From Escherichia phage T7: a stretch of DNA of 37,125 nucleotides. Location of the stretch: sequence record MZ375281.1. One strand, 5' to 3'. This document shows positions 8,878-20,370 of this stretch, piece by piece (within the stretch, counting starts at the first letter, position 1; every line of letters begins with the position of its first letter). The notes below the pieces were generated by a model that was given only the letters and a program-made list of their open reading frames with translations, was not told the DNA's origin and did no database searches. Both the position numbers and the translations under genes were made by a program.

Positions 8878-9307
8878 AGGAATCCGAAAGGTTGGAGCGT
8901 TTCGCTCTGGCCTAGAGGACAAGGTTTCAAAGCAGTTGGAATCAAAAGGTATTAAATTCGAGTATGAAGAGTGGAAAGTGCCTTATGTAATTCCGGCGAG
9001 CAATCACACTTACACTCCAGACTTCTTACTTCCAAACGGTATATTCGTTGAGACAAAGGGTCTGTGGGAAAGCGATGATAGAAAGAAGCACTTATTAATT
9101 AGGGAGCAGCACCCCGAGCTAGACATCCGTATTGTCTTCTCAAGCTCACGTACTAAGTTATACAAAGGTTCTCCAATGTCTTATGGAGAGTTCTGCGAAA
9201 AGCATGGTATTAAGTTCGCTGATAAACTGATACCTGCTGAGTGGATAAAGGAACCCAAGAAGGAGGTCCCCTTTGATAGATTAAAAAGGAAAGGAGGAAA
9301 GAAATAA
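8858..9307 (+). CDS. 3: Endonuclease I, Holliday-junction resolvase (gp3)
   Basis: 149 aa from ATG 8858 (MAGYGAKGIRKVGAFRS...) after RBS aaagggagg. Confidence 0.93.
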   Translation: MAGYGAKGIRKVGAFRSGLEDKVSKQLESKGIKFEYEEWKVPYVIPASNHTYTPDFLLPNGIFVETKGLWESDDRKKHLLIREQHPELDIRIVFSSSRTKLYKGSPMSYGEFCEKHGIKFADKLIPAEWIKEPKKEVPFDRLKRKGGKK

Positions 9308-9762
9308 TGGCTCGTGTACAGTTTAAACAACGTGAATCTACTGACGCAATCTTTGTTCACTGCTCGGCTACCAAGCCAAGTCAGAATGTTGGTGTCCGTG
9401 AGATTCGCCAGTGGCACAAAGAGCAGGGTTGGCTCGATGTGGGATACCACTTTATCATCAAGCGAGACGGTACTGTGGAGGCAGGACGAGATGAGATGGC
9501 TGTAGGCTCTCACGCTAAGGGTTACAACCACAACTCTATCGGCGTCTGCCTTGTTGGTGGTATCGACGATAAAGGTAAGTTCGACGCTAACTTTACGCCA
9601 GCCCAAATGCAATCCCTTCGCTCACTGCTTGTCACACTGCTGGCTAAGTACGAAGGCGCTGTGCTTCGCGCCCATCATGAGGTGGCGCCGAAGGCTTGCC
9701 CTTCGTTCGACCTTAAGCGTTGGTGGGAGAAGAACGAACTGGTCACTTCTGACCGTGGATAA
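9307..9762 (+). CDS. 3.5: T7 lysozyme: N-acetylmuramoyl-L-alanine amidase and T7 RNAP inhibitor (gp3.5)
   Basis: 151-aa ORF MARVQFKQRESTDAIFVHCSATKPSQN... Confidence 0.97.
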   Translation: MARVQFKQRESTDAIFVHCSATKPSQNVGVREIRQWHKEQGWLDVGYHFIIKRDGTVEAGRDEMAVGSHAKGYNHNSIGVCLVGGIDDKGKFDANFTPAQMQSLRSLLVTLLAKYEGAVLRAHHEVAPKACPSFDLKRWWEKNELVTSDRG

Positions 9763-11632
<1,870 letters not shown>

Positions 11633-11635
<3 letters not shown>

Positions 11636-11655
11636 TACGACTCACTAAAGGAGAC
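11633..11655 (+). promoter_or_regulatory. T7 promoter phi4.3
   Basis: TAATACGACTCACTAAAGGAGAC, +1 at 11650. Confidence 0.9.
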
Positions 11656-11694
11656 ACACCAAATTCTTTGAGTAATCAAACAGGAGAAACCATT

Positions 11695-11964
11695 ATGTCT
11701 AACGTAGCTGAAACTATCCGTCTATCCGATACAGCTGACCAGTGGAACCGTCGAGTCCACATCAACGTTCGCAACGGTAAGGCGACTATGGTTTACCGCT
11801 GGAAGGACTCTAAGTCCTCTAAGAATCACACTCAGCGTATGACGTTGACAGATGAGCAAGCACTGCGTCTGGTCAATGCGCTTACCAAAGCTGCCGTGAC
11901 AGCAATTCATGAAGCTGGTCGCGTCAATGAAGCTATGGCTATCCTCGACAAGATTGATAACTAA
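11695..11964 (+). CDS. 4.5: gp4.5 (89 aa)
   Basis: ATG 11695 after RBS caggagaaacc; MSNVAETIRLSDTADQWNRR... Confidence 0.85.
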   Translation: MSNVAETIRLSDTADQWNRRVHINVRNGKATMVYRWKDSKSSKNHTQRMTLTDEQALRLVNALTKAAVTAIHEAGRVNEAMAILDKIDN

Positions 11965-11965
11965 G

Positions 11966-12008
11966 AGTGGTATCCTCAAGGTCGCCAAAGTGGTGGCCTT
12001 CATGAATA
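11966..12008 (+). promoter_or_regulatory. Candidate RNase III site R4.7
   Basis: Inverted-repeat-like segment cctcaaggtcgccaaagtggtggccttcatg. Confidence 0.4.
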
Positions 12009-12031
12009 CTATTCGACTCACTATAGGAGAT
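12009..12031 (+). promoter_or_regulatory. T7 promoter phi4.7
   Basis: ATTCGACTCACTATAGGAGATAT, +1 at 12026. Confidence 0.75.
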
Positions 12032-12037
12032 ATTACC

Positions 12038-12445
12038 ATGCGTGACCCTAAAGTTATCCAAGCAGAAATCGCTAAACTGGAAGCTGAACTGGAGGACGTT
12101 AAGTACCATGAAGCTAAGACTCGCTCCGCTGTTCACATCTTGAAGAACTTAGGCTGGACTTGGACAAGACAGACTGGCTGGAAGAAACCAGAAGTTACCA
12201 AGCTGAGTCATAAGGTGTTCGATAAGGACACTATGACCCACATCAAGGCTGGTGATTGGGTTAAGGTTGACATGGGAGTTGTTGGTGGATACGGCTACGT
12301 CCGCTCAGTTAGTGGCAAATATGCACAAGTGTCATACATCACAGGTGTTACTCCACGCGGTGCAATCGTTGCCGATAAGACCAACATGATTCACACAGGT
12401 TTCTTGACAGTTGTTTCATATGAAGAGATTGTTAAGTCACGATAA
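12038..12445 (+). CDS. 4.7: gp4.7 (135 aa)
   Basis: MRDPKVIQAEIAKLEAELEDVKYHEAK... Confidence 0.85.
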   Translation: MRDPKVIQAEIAKLEAELEDVKYHEAKTRSAVHILKNLGWTWTRQTGWKKPEVTKLSHKVFDKDTMTHIKAGDWVKVDMGVVGGYGYVRSVSGKYAQVSYITGVTPRGAIVADKTNMIHTGFLTVVSYEEIVKSR

Positions 12446-12463
12446 TCAATAGGAGAAATCAAT

Positions 12464-14578
12464 ATGATCGTTTCTGACATCGAAGATAACGCCCTCTTAG
12501 AGAGCGTCACTAAGTTCCACTGCGGGGTTATCTACGACTACTCCACCGCTGAGTACGTAAGCTACCGTCCGAGTGACTTCGGTGCGTATCTGGATGCGCT
12601 GGAAGCCGAGGTTGCACGAGGCGGTCTTATTGTGTTCCACAACGGTCACAAGTATGACGTTCCTGCATTGACCAAACTGGCAAAGTTGCAATTGAACCGA
12701 GAGTTCCACCTTCCTCGTGAGAACTGTATTGACACCCTTGTGTTGTCACGTTTGATTCATTCCAACCTCAAGGACACCGATATGGGTCTTCTGCGTTCCG
12801 GCAAGTTGCCCGGAAAACGCTTTGGGTCTCACGCTTTGGAGGCGTGGGGTTATCGCTTAGGCGAGATGAAGGGTGAATACAAAGACGACTTTAAGCGTAT
12901 GCTTGAAGAGCAGGGTGAAGAATACGTTGACGGAATGGAGTGGTGGAACTTCAACGAAGAGATGATGGACTATAACGTTCAGGACGTTGTGGTAACTAAA
13001 GCTCTCCTTGAGAAGCTACTCTCTGACAAACATTACTTCCCTCCTGAGATTGACTTTACGGACGTAGGATACACTACGTTCTGGTCAGAATCCCTTGAGG
13101 CCGTTGACATTGAACATCGTGCTGCATGGCTGCTCGCTAAACAAGAGCGCAACGGGTTCCCGTTTGACACAAAAGCAATCGAAGAGTTGTACGTAGAGTT
13201 AGCTGCTCGCCGCTCTGAGTTGCTCCGTAAATTGACCGAAACGTTCGGCTCGTGGTATCAGCCTAAAGGTGGCACTGAGATGTTCTGCCATCCGCGAACA
13301 GGTAAGCCACTACCTAAATACCCTCGCATTAAGACACCTAAAGTTGGTGGTATCTTTAAGAAGCCTAAGAACAAGGCACAGCGAGAAGGCCGTGAGCCTT
13401 GCGAACTTGATACCCGCGAGTACGTTGCTGGTGCTCCTTACACCCCAGTTGAACATGTTGTGTTTAACCCTTCGTCTCGTGACCACATTCAGAAGAAACT
13501 CCAAGAGGCTGGGTGGGTCCCGACCAAGTACACCGATAAGGGTGCTCCTGTGGTGGACGATGAGGTACTCGAAGGAGTACGTGTAGATGACCCTGAGAAG
13601 CAAGCCGCTATCGACCTCATTAAAGAGTACTTGATGATTCAGAAGCGAATCGGACAGTCTGCTGAGGGAGACACAGCATGGCTTCGTTATGTTGCTGAGG
13701 ATGGTAAGATTCATGGTTCTGTTAACCCTAATGGAGCAGTTACGGGTCGTGCGACCCATGCGTTCCCAAACCTTGCGCAAATTCCGGGTGTACGTTCTCC
13801 TTATGGAGAGCAGTGTCGCGCTGCTTTTGGCGCTGAGCACCATTTGGATGGGATAACTGGTAAGCCTTGGGTTCAGGCTGGCATCGACGCATCCGGTCTT
13901 GAGCTACGCTGCTTGGCTCACTTCATGGCTCGCTTTGATAACGGCGAGTACGCTCACGAGATTCTTAACGGCGACATCCACACTAAGAACCAGATAGCTG
14001 CTGAACTACCTACCCGAGATAACGCTAAGACGTTCATCTATGGGTTCCTCTATGGTGCTGGTGATGAGAAGATTGGACAGATTGTTGGTGCTGGTAAAGA
14101 GCGCGGTAAGGAACTCAAGAAGAAATTCCTTGAGAACACCCCCGCGATTGCAGCACTCCGCGAGTCTATCCAACAGACACTTGTCGAGTCCTCTCAATGG
14201 GTAGCTGGTGAGCAACAAGTCAAGTGGAAACGCCGCTGGATTAAAGGTCTGGATGGTCGTAAGGTACACGTTCGTAGTCCTCACGCTGCCTTGAATACCC
14301 TACTGCAATCTGCTGGTGCTCTCATCTGCAAACTGTGGATTATCAAGACCGAAGAGATGCTCGTAGAGAAAGGCTTGAAGCATGGCTGGGATGGGGACTT
14401 TGCGTACATGGCATGGGTACATGATGAAATCCAAGTAGGCTGCCGTACCGAAGAGATTGCTCAGGTGGTCATTGAGACCGCACAAGAAGCGATGCGCTGG
14501 GTTGGAGACCACTGGAACTTCCGGTGTCTTCTGGATACCGAAGGTAAGATGGGTCCTAATTGGGCGATTTGCCACTGA
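12464..14578 (+). CDS. 5: T7 DNA polymerase (gp5)
   Basis: 704-aa [30 protein letters not shown]... Confidence 0.99.
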   Translation: MIVSDIEDNALLESVTKFHCGVIYDYSTAEYVSYRPSDFGAYLDALEAEVARGGLIVFHNGHKYDVPALTKLAKLQLNREFHLPRENCIDTLVLSRLIHSNLKDTDMGLLRSGKLPGKRFGSHALEAWGYRLGEMKGEYKDDFKRMLEEQGEEYVDGMEWWNFNEEMMDYNVQDVVVTKALLEKLLSDKHYFPPEIDFTDVGYTTFWSESLEAVDIEHRAAWLLAKQERNGFPFDTKAIEELYVELAARRSELLRKLTETFGSWYQPKGGTEMFCHPRTGKPLPKYPRIKTPKVGGIFKKPKNKAQREGREPCELDTREYVAGAPYTPVEHVVFNPSSRDHIQKKLQEAGWVPTKYTDKGAPVVDDEVLEGVRVDDPEKQAAIDLIKEYLMIQKRIGQSAEGDTAWLRYVAEDGKIHGSVNPNGAVTGRATHAFPNLAQIPGVRSPYGEQCRAAFGAEHHLDGITGKPWVQAGIDASGLELRCLAHFMARFDNGEYAHEILNGDIHTKNQIAAELPTRDNAKTFIYGFLYGAGDEKIGQIVGAGKERGKELKKKFLENTPAIAALRESIQQTLVESSQWVAGEQQVKWKRRWIKGLDGRKVHVRSPHAALNTLLQSAGALICKLWIIKTEEMLVEKGLKHGWDGDFAYMAWVHDEIQVGCRTEEIAQVVIETAQEAMRWVGDHWNFRCLLDTEGKMGPNWAICH

Positions 14579-14623
14579 TACAGGAGGCTACTCCAAAGGC
14601 ATAAAACTATAGGAGAAATTATT

Positions 14624-14923
14624 ATGGCTATGACAAAGAAATTTAAAGTGTCCTTCGACGTTACCGCAAAGATGTCGTCTGACGTTCAGGCAATCTTAGA
14701 GAAAGATATGCTGCATCTATGTAAGCAGGTCGGCTCAGGTGCGATTGTCCCCAATGGTAAACAGAAGGAAATGATTGTCCAGTTCCTGACACACGGTATG
14801 GAAGGATTGATGACATTCGTAGTACGTACATCATTTCGTGAGGCCATTAAGGACATGCACGAAGAGTATGCAGATAAGGACTCTTTCAAACAATCTCCTG
14901 CAACAGTACGGGAGGTGTTCTGA
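14624..14923 (+). CDS. 5.5: gp5.5 (H-NS-binding protein)
   Basis: 99-aa ORF. Confidence 0.9.
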   Translation: MAMTKKFKVSFDVTAKMSSDVQAILEKDMLHLCKQVGSGAIVPNGKQKEMIVQFLTHGMEGLMTFVVRTSFREAIKDMHEEYADKDSFKQSPATVREVF

Positions 14924-15132
14924 TGTCTGACTACCTGAAAGTGCTGCAAGCAATCAAAAGTTGCCCTAAGACTTTCCAGTCCAACTATGTACGGAACAAT
15001 GCGAGCCTCGTAGCGGAGGCCGCTTCCCGTGGTCACATCTCGTGCCTGACTACTAGTGGACGTAACGGTGGCGCTTGGGAAATCACTGCTTCCGGTACTC
15101 GCTTTCTGAAACGAATGGGAGGATGTGTCTAA
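14923..15132 (+). CDS. 5.7: gp5.7
   Basis: 69-aa ORF, ATGA overlap with 5.5 stop. Confidence 0.9.
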   Translation: MSDYLKVLQAIKSCPKTFQSNYVRNNASLVAEAASRGHISCLTTSGRNGGAWEITASGTRFLKRMGGCV

Positions 15133-15290
15133 TGTCTCGTGACCTTGTGACTATTCCACGCGATGTGTGGAACGATATACAGGGCTACATCGACTCTCTG
15201 GAACGTGAGAACGATAGCCTTAAGAATCAACTAATGGAAGCTGACGAATACGTAGCGGAACTAGAGGAGAAACTTAATGGCACTTCTTGA
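15132..15290 (+). CDS. 5.9: gp5.9, RecBCD inhibitor (52 aa)
   Basis: MSRDLVTIPRDVWNDIQGYIDSLERENDSLKNQLMEADEYVAELEEKLNGTS. Confidence 0.85.
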   Translation: MSRDLVTIPRDVWNDIQGYIDSLERENDSLKNQLMEADEYVAELEEKLNGTS

Positions 15291-16179
15291 CCTTAAACAA
15301 TTCTATGAGTTACGTGAAGGCTGCGACGACAAGGGTATCCTTGTGATGGACGGCGACTGGCTGGTCTTCCAAGCTATGAGTGCTGCTGAGTTTGATGCCT
15401 CTTGGGAGGAAGAGATTTGGCACCGATGCTGTGACCACGCTAAGGCCCGTCAGATTCTTGAGGATTCCATTAAGTACTACGAGACCCGTAAGAAGGCTTG
15501 GGCAGGTGCTCCAATTGTCCTTGCGTTCACCGATAGTGTTAACTGGCGTAAAGAACTGGTTGACCCGAACTATAAGGCTAACCGTAAGGCCGTGAAGAAA
15601 CCTGTAGGGTACTTTGAGTTCCTTGATGCTCTCTTTGAGCGCGAAGAGTTCTATTGCATCCGTGAGCCTATGCTTGAGGGTGATGACGTTATGGGAGTTA
15701 TTGCTTCCAATCCGTCTGCCTTCGGTGCTCGTAAGGCTGTAATCATCTCTTGCGATAAGGACTTTAAGACCATCCCTAACTGTGACTTCCTGTGGTGTAC
15801 CACTGGTAACATCCTGACTCAGACCGAAGAGTCCGCTGACTGGTGGCACCTCTTCCAGACCATCAAGGGTGACATCACTGATGGTTACTCAGGGATTGCT
15901 GGATGGGGTGATACCGCCGAGGACTTCTTGAATAACCCGTTCATAACCGAGCCTAAAACGTCTGTGCTTAAGTCCGGTAAGAACAAAGGCCAAGAGGTTA
16001 CTAAATGGGTTAAACGCGACCCTGAGCCTCATGAGACGCTTTGGGACTGCATTAAGTCCATTGGCGCGAAGGCTGGTATGACCGAAGAGGATATTATCAA
16101 GCAGGGCCAAATGGCTCGAATCCTACGGTTCAACGAGTACAACTTTATTGACAAGGAGATTTACCTGTGGAGACCGTAG
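15277..16179 (+). CDS. 6: 5'-3' exonuclease (gp6)
   Basis: 300-aa ORF. Confidence 0.97.
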   Translation: MALLDLKQFYELREGCDDKGILVMDGDWLVFQAMSAAEFDASWEEEIWHRCCDHAKARQILEDSIKYYETRKKAWAGAPIVLAFTDSVNWRKELVDPNYKANRKAVKKPVGYFEFLDALFEREEFYCIREPMLEGDDVMGVIASNPSAFGARKAVIISCDKDFKTIPNCDFLWCTTGNILTQTEESADWWHLFQTIKGDITDGYSGIAGWGDTAEDFLNNPFITEPKTSVLKSGKNKGQEVTKWVKRDPEPHETLWDCIKSIGAKAGMTEEDIIKQGQMARILRFNEYNFIDKEIYLWRP

Positions 16180-16280
16180 CGTATATTGGTCTGGGTCTTT
16201 GTGTTCTCGGAGTGTGCCTCATTTCGTGGGGCCTTTGGGACTTAGCCAGAATAATCAAGTCGTTACACGACACTAAGTGA
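16167..16280 (+). CDS. 6.3: gp6.3 (37 aa, GTG start)
   Basis: Short ORF overlapping gene 6 end; hydrophobic. Confidence 0.5.
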   Translation: METVAYIGLGLCVLGVCLISWGLWDLARIIKSLHDTK

Positions 16281-16300
16281 TAAACTCAAGGTCCCTAAAT

Positions 16301-16323
16301 TAATACGACTCACTATAGGGAGA
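16301..16323 (+). promoter_or_regulatory. T7 class III promoter phi6.5
   Basis: TAATACGACTCACTATAGGGAGA, +1 at 16318. Confidence 0.95.
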
Positions 16324-16370
16324 TAGGGGCCTTTACGATTATTACTTTAAGATTTAACTCTAAGAGGAAT
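16324..16370 (+). promoter_or_regulatory. Candidate RNase III site R6.5
   Basis: Leader between phi6.5 and gene 6.5. Confidence 0.4.
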
Positions 16371-16377
16371 CTTTATT

Positions 16378-16632
16378 ATGTTAACACCTATTAACCAATT
16401 ACTTAAGAACCCTAACGATATTCCAGATGTACCTCGTGCAACCGCTGAGTATCTACAGGTTCGATTCAACTATGCGTACCTCGAAGCGTCTGGTCATATA
16501 GGACTTATGCGTGCTAATGGTTGTAGTGAGGCCCACATCTTGGGTTTCATTCAGGGCCTACAGTATGCCTCTAACGTCATTGACGAGATTGAGTTACGCA
16601 AGGAACAACTAAGAGATGATGGGGAGGATTGA
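16378..16632 (+). CDS. 6.5: gp6.5
   Basis: 84-aa ORF. Confidence 0.9.
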
Positions 16633-16636
16633 CACT

Positions 16637-16903
16637 ATGTGTTTCTCACCGAAAATTAAAACTCCGAAGATGGATACCAATCAGATTCGAGCCGTTGAGC
16701 CAGCGCCTCTGACCCAAGAAGTGTCAAGCGTGGAGTTCGGTGGGTCTTCTGATGAGACGGATACCGAGGGCACCGAAGTGTCTGGACGCAAAGGCCTCAA
16801 GGTCGAACGTGATGATTCCGTAGCGAAGTCTAAAGCCAGCGGCAATGGCTCCGCTCGTATGAAATCTTCCATCCGTAAGTCCGCATTTGGAGGTAAGAAG
16901 TGA
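16637..16903 (+). CDS. 6.7: gp6.7, virion protein (88 aa)
   Basis: ATG 16637 after ggggagg; MCFSPKIKTPKMDTNQIR... Confidence 0.88.
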   Translation: MCFSPKIKTPKMDTNQIRAVEPAPLTQEVSSVEFGGSSDETDTEGTEVSGRKGLKVERDDSVAKSKASGNGSARMKSSIRKSAFGGKK

Positions 16904-17304
16904 TGTCTGAGTTCACATGTGTGGAGGCTAAGAGTCGCTTCCGTGCAATCCGGTGGACTGTGGAACACCTTGGGTTGCCTAAAGGATTCGAAGGACACTT
17001 TGTGGGCTACAGCCTCTACGTAGACGAAGTGATGGACATGTCTGGTTGCCGTGAAGAGTACATTCTGGACTCTACCGGAAAACATGTAGCGTACTTCGCG
17101 TGGTGCGTAAGCTGTGACATTCACCACAAAGGAGACATTCTGGATGTAACGTCCGTTGTCATTAATCCTGAGGCAGACTCTAAGGGCTTACAGCGATTCC
17201 TAGCGAAACGCTTTAAGTACCTTGCGGAACTCCACGATTGCGATTGGGTGTCTCGTTGTAAGCATGAAGGCGAGACAATGCGTGTATACTTTAAGGAGGT
17301 ATAA
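16903..17304 (+). CDS. 7: gp7, virion protein (133 aa)
   Basis: ATG 16903, MSEFTCVEAKSRF... Confidence 0.9.
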   Translation: MSEFTCVEAKSRFRAIRWTVEHLGLPKGFEGHFVGYSLYVDEVMDMSGCREEYILDSTGKHVAYFAWCVSCDIHHKGDILDVTSVVINPEADSKGLQRFLAKRFKYLAELHDCDWVSRCKHEGETMRVYFKEV

Positions 17305-17307
17305 GTT

Positions 17308-17607
17308 ATGGGTAAGAAAGTTAAGAAGGCCGTGAAGAAAGTCCCCAAGTCCGTTAAGAAAGTCGTTAAGGAAGGGGCTAGTCCGGTTAAACAGGTTGCT
17401 GGCGGTCTAGCTGGTCTGGCTGGTGGTACTGGTGAAGCACAGATGGTGGAAGTACCACAAGCTGCCGCACAGATTGTTGACGTACCTGAGAAAGAGGTTT
17501 CCACTGAGGACGAAGCACAGACAGAAAGCGGACGCAAGAAAGCTCGTGCTGGCGGTAAGAAATCCTTGAGTGTAGCCCGTAGCTCCGGTGGCGGTATCAA
17601 CATTTAA
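17308..17607 (+). CDS. 7.3: gp7.3, tail-associated protein
   Basis: 99-aa ORF, Lys-rich. Confidence 0.9.
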   Translation: MGKKVKKAVKKVPKSVKKVVKEGASPVKQVAGGLAGLAGGTGEAQMVEVPQAAAQIVDVPEKEVSTEDEAQTESGRKKARAGGKKSLSVARSSGGGINI

Positions 17608-17643
17608 TCAGGAGGTTATCCGTAAGACATGGAGACACATTTA

Positions 17644-19254
17644 ATGGCTGAGAAACGAACAGGACTTGCGGAGGATGGCGCAAAGTCTGTCTATGAGCGT
17701 TTAAAGAACGACCGTGCTCCCTATGAGACACGCGCTCAGAATTGCGCTCAATATACCATCCCATCATTGTTCCCTAAGGACTCCGATAACGCCTCTACAG
17801 ATTATCAAACTCCGTGGCAAGCCGTGGGCGCTCGTGGTCTGAACAATCTAGCCTCTAAGCTCATGCTGGCTCTATTCCCTATGCAGACTTGGATGCGACT
17901 TACTATATCTGAATATGAAGCAAAGCAGTTACTGAGCGACCCCGATGGACTCGCTAAGGTCGATGAGGGCCTCTCGATGGTAGAGCGTATCATCATGAAC
18001 TACATTGAGTCTAACAGTTACCGCGTGACTCTCTTTGAGGCTCTCAAACAGTTAGTCGTAGCTGGTAACGTCCTGCTGTACCTACCGGAACCGGAAGGGT
18101 CAAACTATAATCCCATGAAGCTGTACCGATTGTCTTCTTATGTGGTCCAACGAGACGCATTCGGCAACGTTCTGCAAATGGTGACTCGTGACCAGATAGC
18201 TTTTGGTGCTCTCCCTGAGGACATCCGTAAGGCTGTAGAAGGTCAAGGTGGTGAGAAGAAAGCTGATGAGACAATCGACGTGTACACTCACATCTATCTG
18301 GATGAGGACTCAGGTGAATACCTCCGATACGAAGAGGTCGAGGGTATGGAAGTCCAAGGCTCCGATGGGACTTATCCTAAAGAGGCTTGCCCATACATCC
18401 CGATTCGGATGGTCAGACTAGATGGTGAATCCTACGGTCGTTCGTACATTGAGGAATACTTAGGTGACTTACGGTCCCTTGAAAATCTCCAAGAGGCTAT
18501 CGTCAAGATGTCCATGATTAGCTCTAAGGTTATCGGCTTAGTGAATCCTGCTGGTATCACCCAGCCACGCCGACTGACCAAAGCTCAGACTGGTGACTTC
18601 GTTACTGGTCGTCCAGAAGACATCTCGTTCCTCCAACTGGAGAAGCAAGCAGACTTTACTGTAGCTAAAGCCGTAAGTGACGCTATCGAGGCTCGCCTTT
18701 CGTTTGCCTTTATGTTGAACTCTGCGGTTCAGCGTACAGGTGAACGTGTGACCGCCGAAGAGATTCGGTATGTAGCTTCTGAACTTGAAGATACTTTAGG
18801 TGGTGTCTACTCTATCCTTTCTCAAGAATTACAATTGCCTCTGGTACGAGTGCTCTTGAAGCAACTACAAGCCACGCAACAGATTCCTGAGTTACCTAAG
18901 GAAGCCGTAGAGCCAACCATTAGTACAGGTCTGGAAGCAATTGGTCGAGGACAAGACCTTGATAAGCTGGAGCGGTGTGTCACTGCGTGGGCTGCACTGG
19001 CACCTATGCGGGACGACCCTGATATTAACCTTGCGATGATTAAGTTACGTATTGCCAACGCTATCGGTATTGACACTTCTGGTATTCTACTCACCGAAGA
19101 ACAGAAGCAACAGAAGATGGCCCAACAGTCTATGCAAATGGGTATGGATAATGGTGCTGCTGCGCTGGCTCAAGGTATGGCTGCACAAGCTACAGCTTCA
19201 CCTGAGGCTATGGCTGCTGCCGCTGATTCCGTAGGTTTACAGCCGGGAATTTAA
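17644..19254 (+). CDS. 8: Portal (head-tail connector) protein gp8
   Basis: 536 aa from ATG 17644 (MAEKRTGLAEDGAKSVYERL...). Confidence 0.97.
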   Translation: MAEKRTGLAEDGAKSVYERLKNDRAPYETRAQNCAQYTIPSLFPKDSDNASTDYQTPWQAVGARGLNNLASKLMLALFPMQTWMRLTISEYEAKQLLSDPDGLAKVDEGLSMVERIIMNYIESNSYRVTLFEALKQLVVAGNVLLYLPEPEGSNYNPMKLYRLSSYVVQRDAFGNVLQMVTRDQIAFGALPEDIRKAVEGQGGEKKADETIDVYTHIYLDEDSGEYLRYEEVEGMEVQGSDGTYPKEACPYIPIRMVRLDGESYGRSYIEEYLGDLRSLENLQEAIVKMSMISSKVIGLVNPAGITQPRRLTKAQTGDFVTGRPEDISFLQLEKQADFTVAKAVSDAIEARLSFAFMLNSAVQRTGERVTAEEIRYVASELEDTLGGVYSILSQELQLPLVRVLLKQLQATQQIPELPKEAVEPTISTGLEAIGRGQDLDKLERCVTAWAALAPMRDDPDINLAMIKLRIANAIGIDTSGILLTEEQKQQKMAQQSMQMGMDNGAAALAQGMAAQATASPEAMAAAADSVGLQPGI

Positions 19255-19274
19255 TACGACTCACTATAGGGAGA
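19252..19274 (+). promoter_or_regulatory. T7 class III promoter phi9
   Basis: TAATACGACTCACTATAGGGAGA, +1 at 19269; TAA is the gene 8 stop. Confidence 0.95.
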
Positions 19275-19353
19275 CCTCATCTTTGAAATGAGCGATGACA
19301 AGAGGTTGGAGTCCTCGGTCTTCCTGTAGTTCAACTTTAAGGAGACAATAATA

Positions 19354-20277
19354 ATGGCTGAATCTAATGCAGACGTATATGCATCTTTTGGCGTGAACTC
19401 CGCTGTGATGTCTGGTGGTTCCGTTGAGGAACATGAGCAGAACATGCTGGCTCTTGATGTTGCTGCCCGTGATGGCGATGATGCAATCGAGTTAGCGTCA
19501 GACGAAGTGGAAACAGAACGTGACCTGTATGACAACTCTGACCCGTTCGGTCAAGAGGATGACGAAGGCCGCATTCAGGTTCGTATCGGTGATGGCTCTG
19601 AGCCGACCGATGTGGACACTGGAGAAGAAGGCGTTGAGGGCACCGAAGGTTCCGAAGAGTTTACCCCACTGGGCGAGACTCCAGAAGAACTGGTAGCTGC
19701 CTCTGAGCAACTTGGTGAGCACGAAGAGGGCTTCCAAGAGATGATTAACATTGCTGCTGAGCGTGGCATGAGTGTCGAGACCATTGAGGCTATCCAGCGT
19801 GAGTACGAGGAGAACGAAGAGTTGTCCGCCGAGTCCTACGCTAAGCTGGCTGAAATTGGCTACACGAAGGCTTTCATTGACTCGTATATCCGTGGTCAAG
19901 AAGCTCTGGTGGAGCAGTACGTAAACAGTGTCATTGAGTACGCTGGTGGTCGTGAACGTTTTGATGCACTGTATAACCGCCTTGAGACGCACAACCCTGA
20001 GGCTGCACAGTCGCTGGATAATGCGTTGACCAATCGTGACTTAGCGACCGTTAAGGCTATCATCAACTTGGCTGGTGAGTCTCGCGCTAAGGCGTTCGGT
20101 CGTAAGCCAACTCGTAGTGTGACTAATCGTGCTATTCCGGCTAAACCTCAGGCTACCAAGCGTGAAGGCTTTGCGGACCGTAGCGAGATGATTAAAGCTA
20201 TGAGTGACCCTCGGTATCGCACAGATGCCAACTATCGTCGTCAAGTCGAACAGAAAGTAATCGATTCGAACTTCTGA
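19354..20277 (+). CDS. 9: Capsid assembly (scaffolding) protein gp9
   Basis: 307-aa acidic ORF. Confidence 0.97.
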   Translation: MAESNADVYASFGVNSAVMSGGSVEEHEQNMLALDVAARDGDDAIELASDEVETERDLYDNSDPFGQEDDEGRIQVRIGDGSEPTDVDTGEEGVEGTEGSEEFTPLGETPEELVAASEQLGEHEEGFQEMINIAAERGMSVETIEAIQREYEENEELSAESYAKLAEIGYTKAFIDSYIRGQEALVEQYVNSVIEYAGGRERFDALYNRLETHNPEAAQSLDNALTNRDLATVKAIINLAGESRAKAFGRKPTRSVTNRAIPAKPQATKREGFADRSEMIKAMSDPRYRTDANYRRQVEQKVIDSNF

Positions 20278-20290
20278 TAGACTTCGAAAT

Positions 20291-20313
20291 TAATACAACT
20301 CACTATATGGAGA
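20291..20313 (+). promoter_or_regulatory. T7 promoter phi10 (capsid), variant with A at -11 and T at +1
   Basis: TAATACAACTCACTATATGGAGA followed by ccacaacggtttccctctagaaataattttgtttaactttaagaaggagatatacaCATG. Confidence 0.85.
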
Positions 20314-20370
20314 CCACAACGGTTTCCCTCTAGAAATAATTTTGTTTAACTTTAAGAAGGAGATATACAC

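Noticed and set aside
11668-11964. 98-aa ORF with TTG start reported by the ORF track
   Set aside because: The upstream part is the leftover tail of deleted gene 4.3 plus leader; the real gene 4.5 start is the RBS-preceded ATG at 11695 (89 aa).
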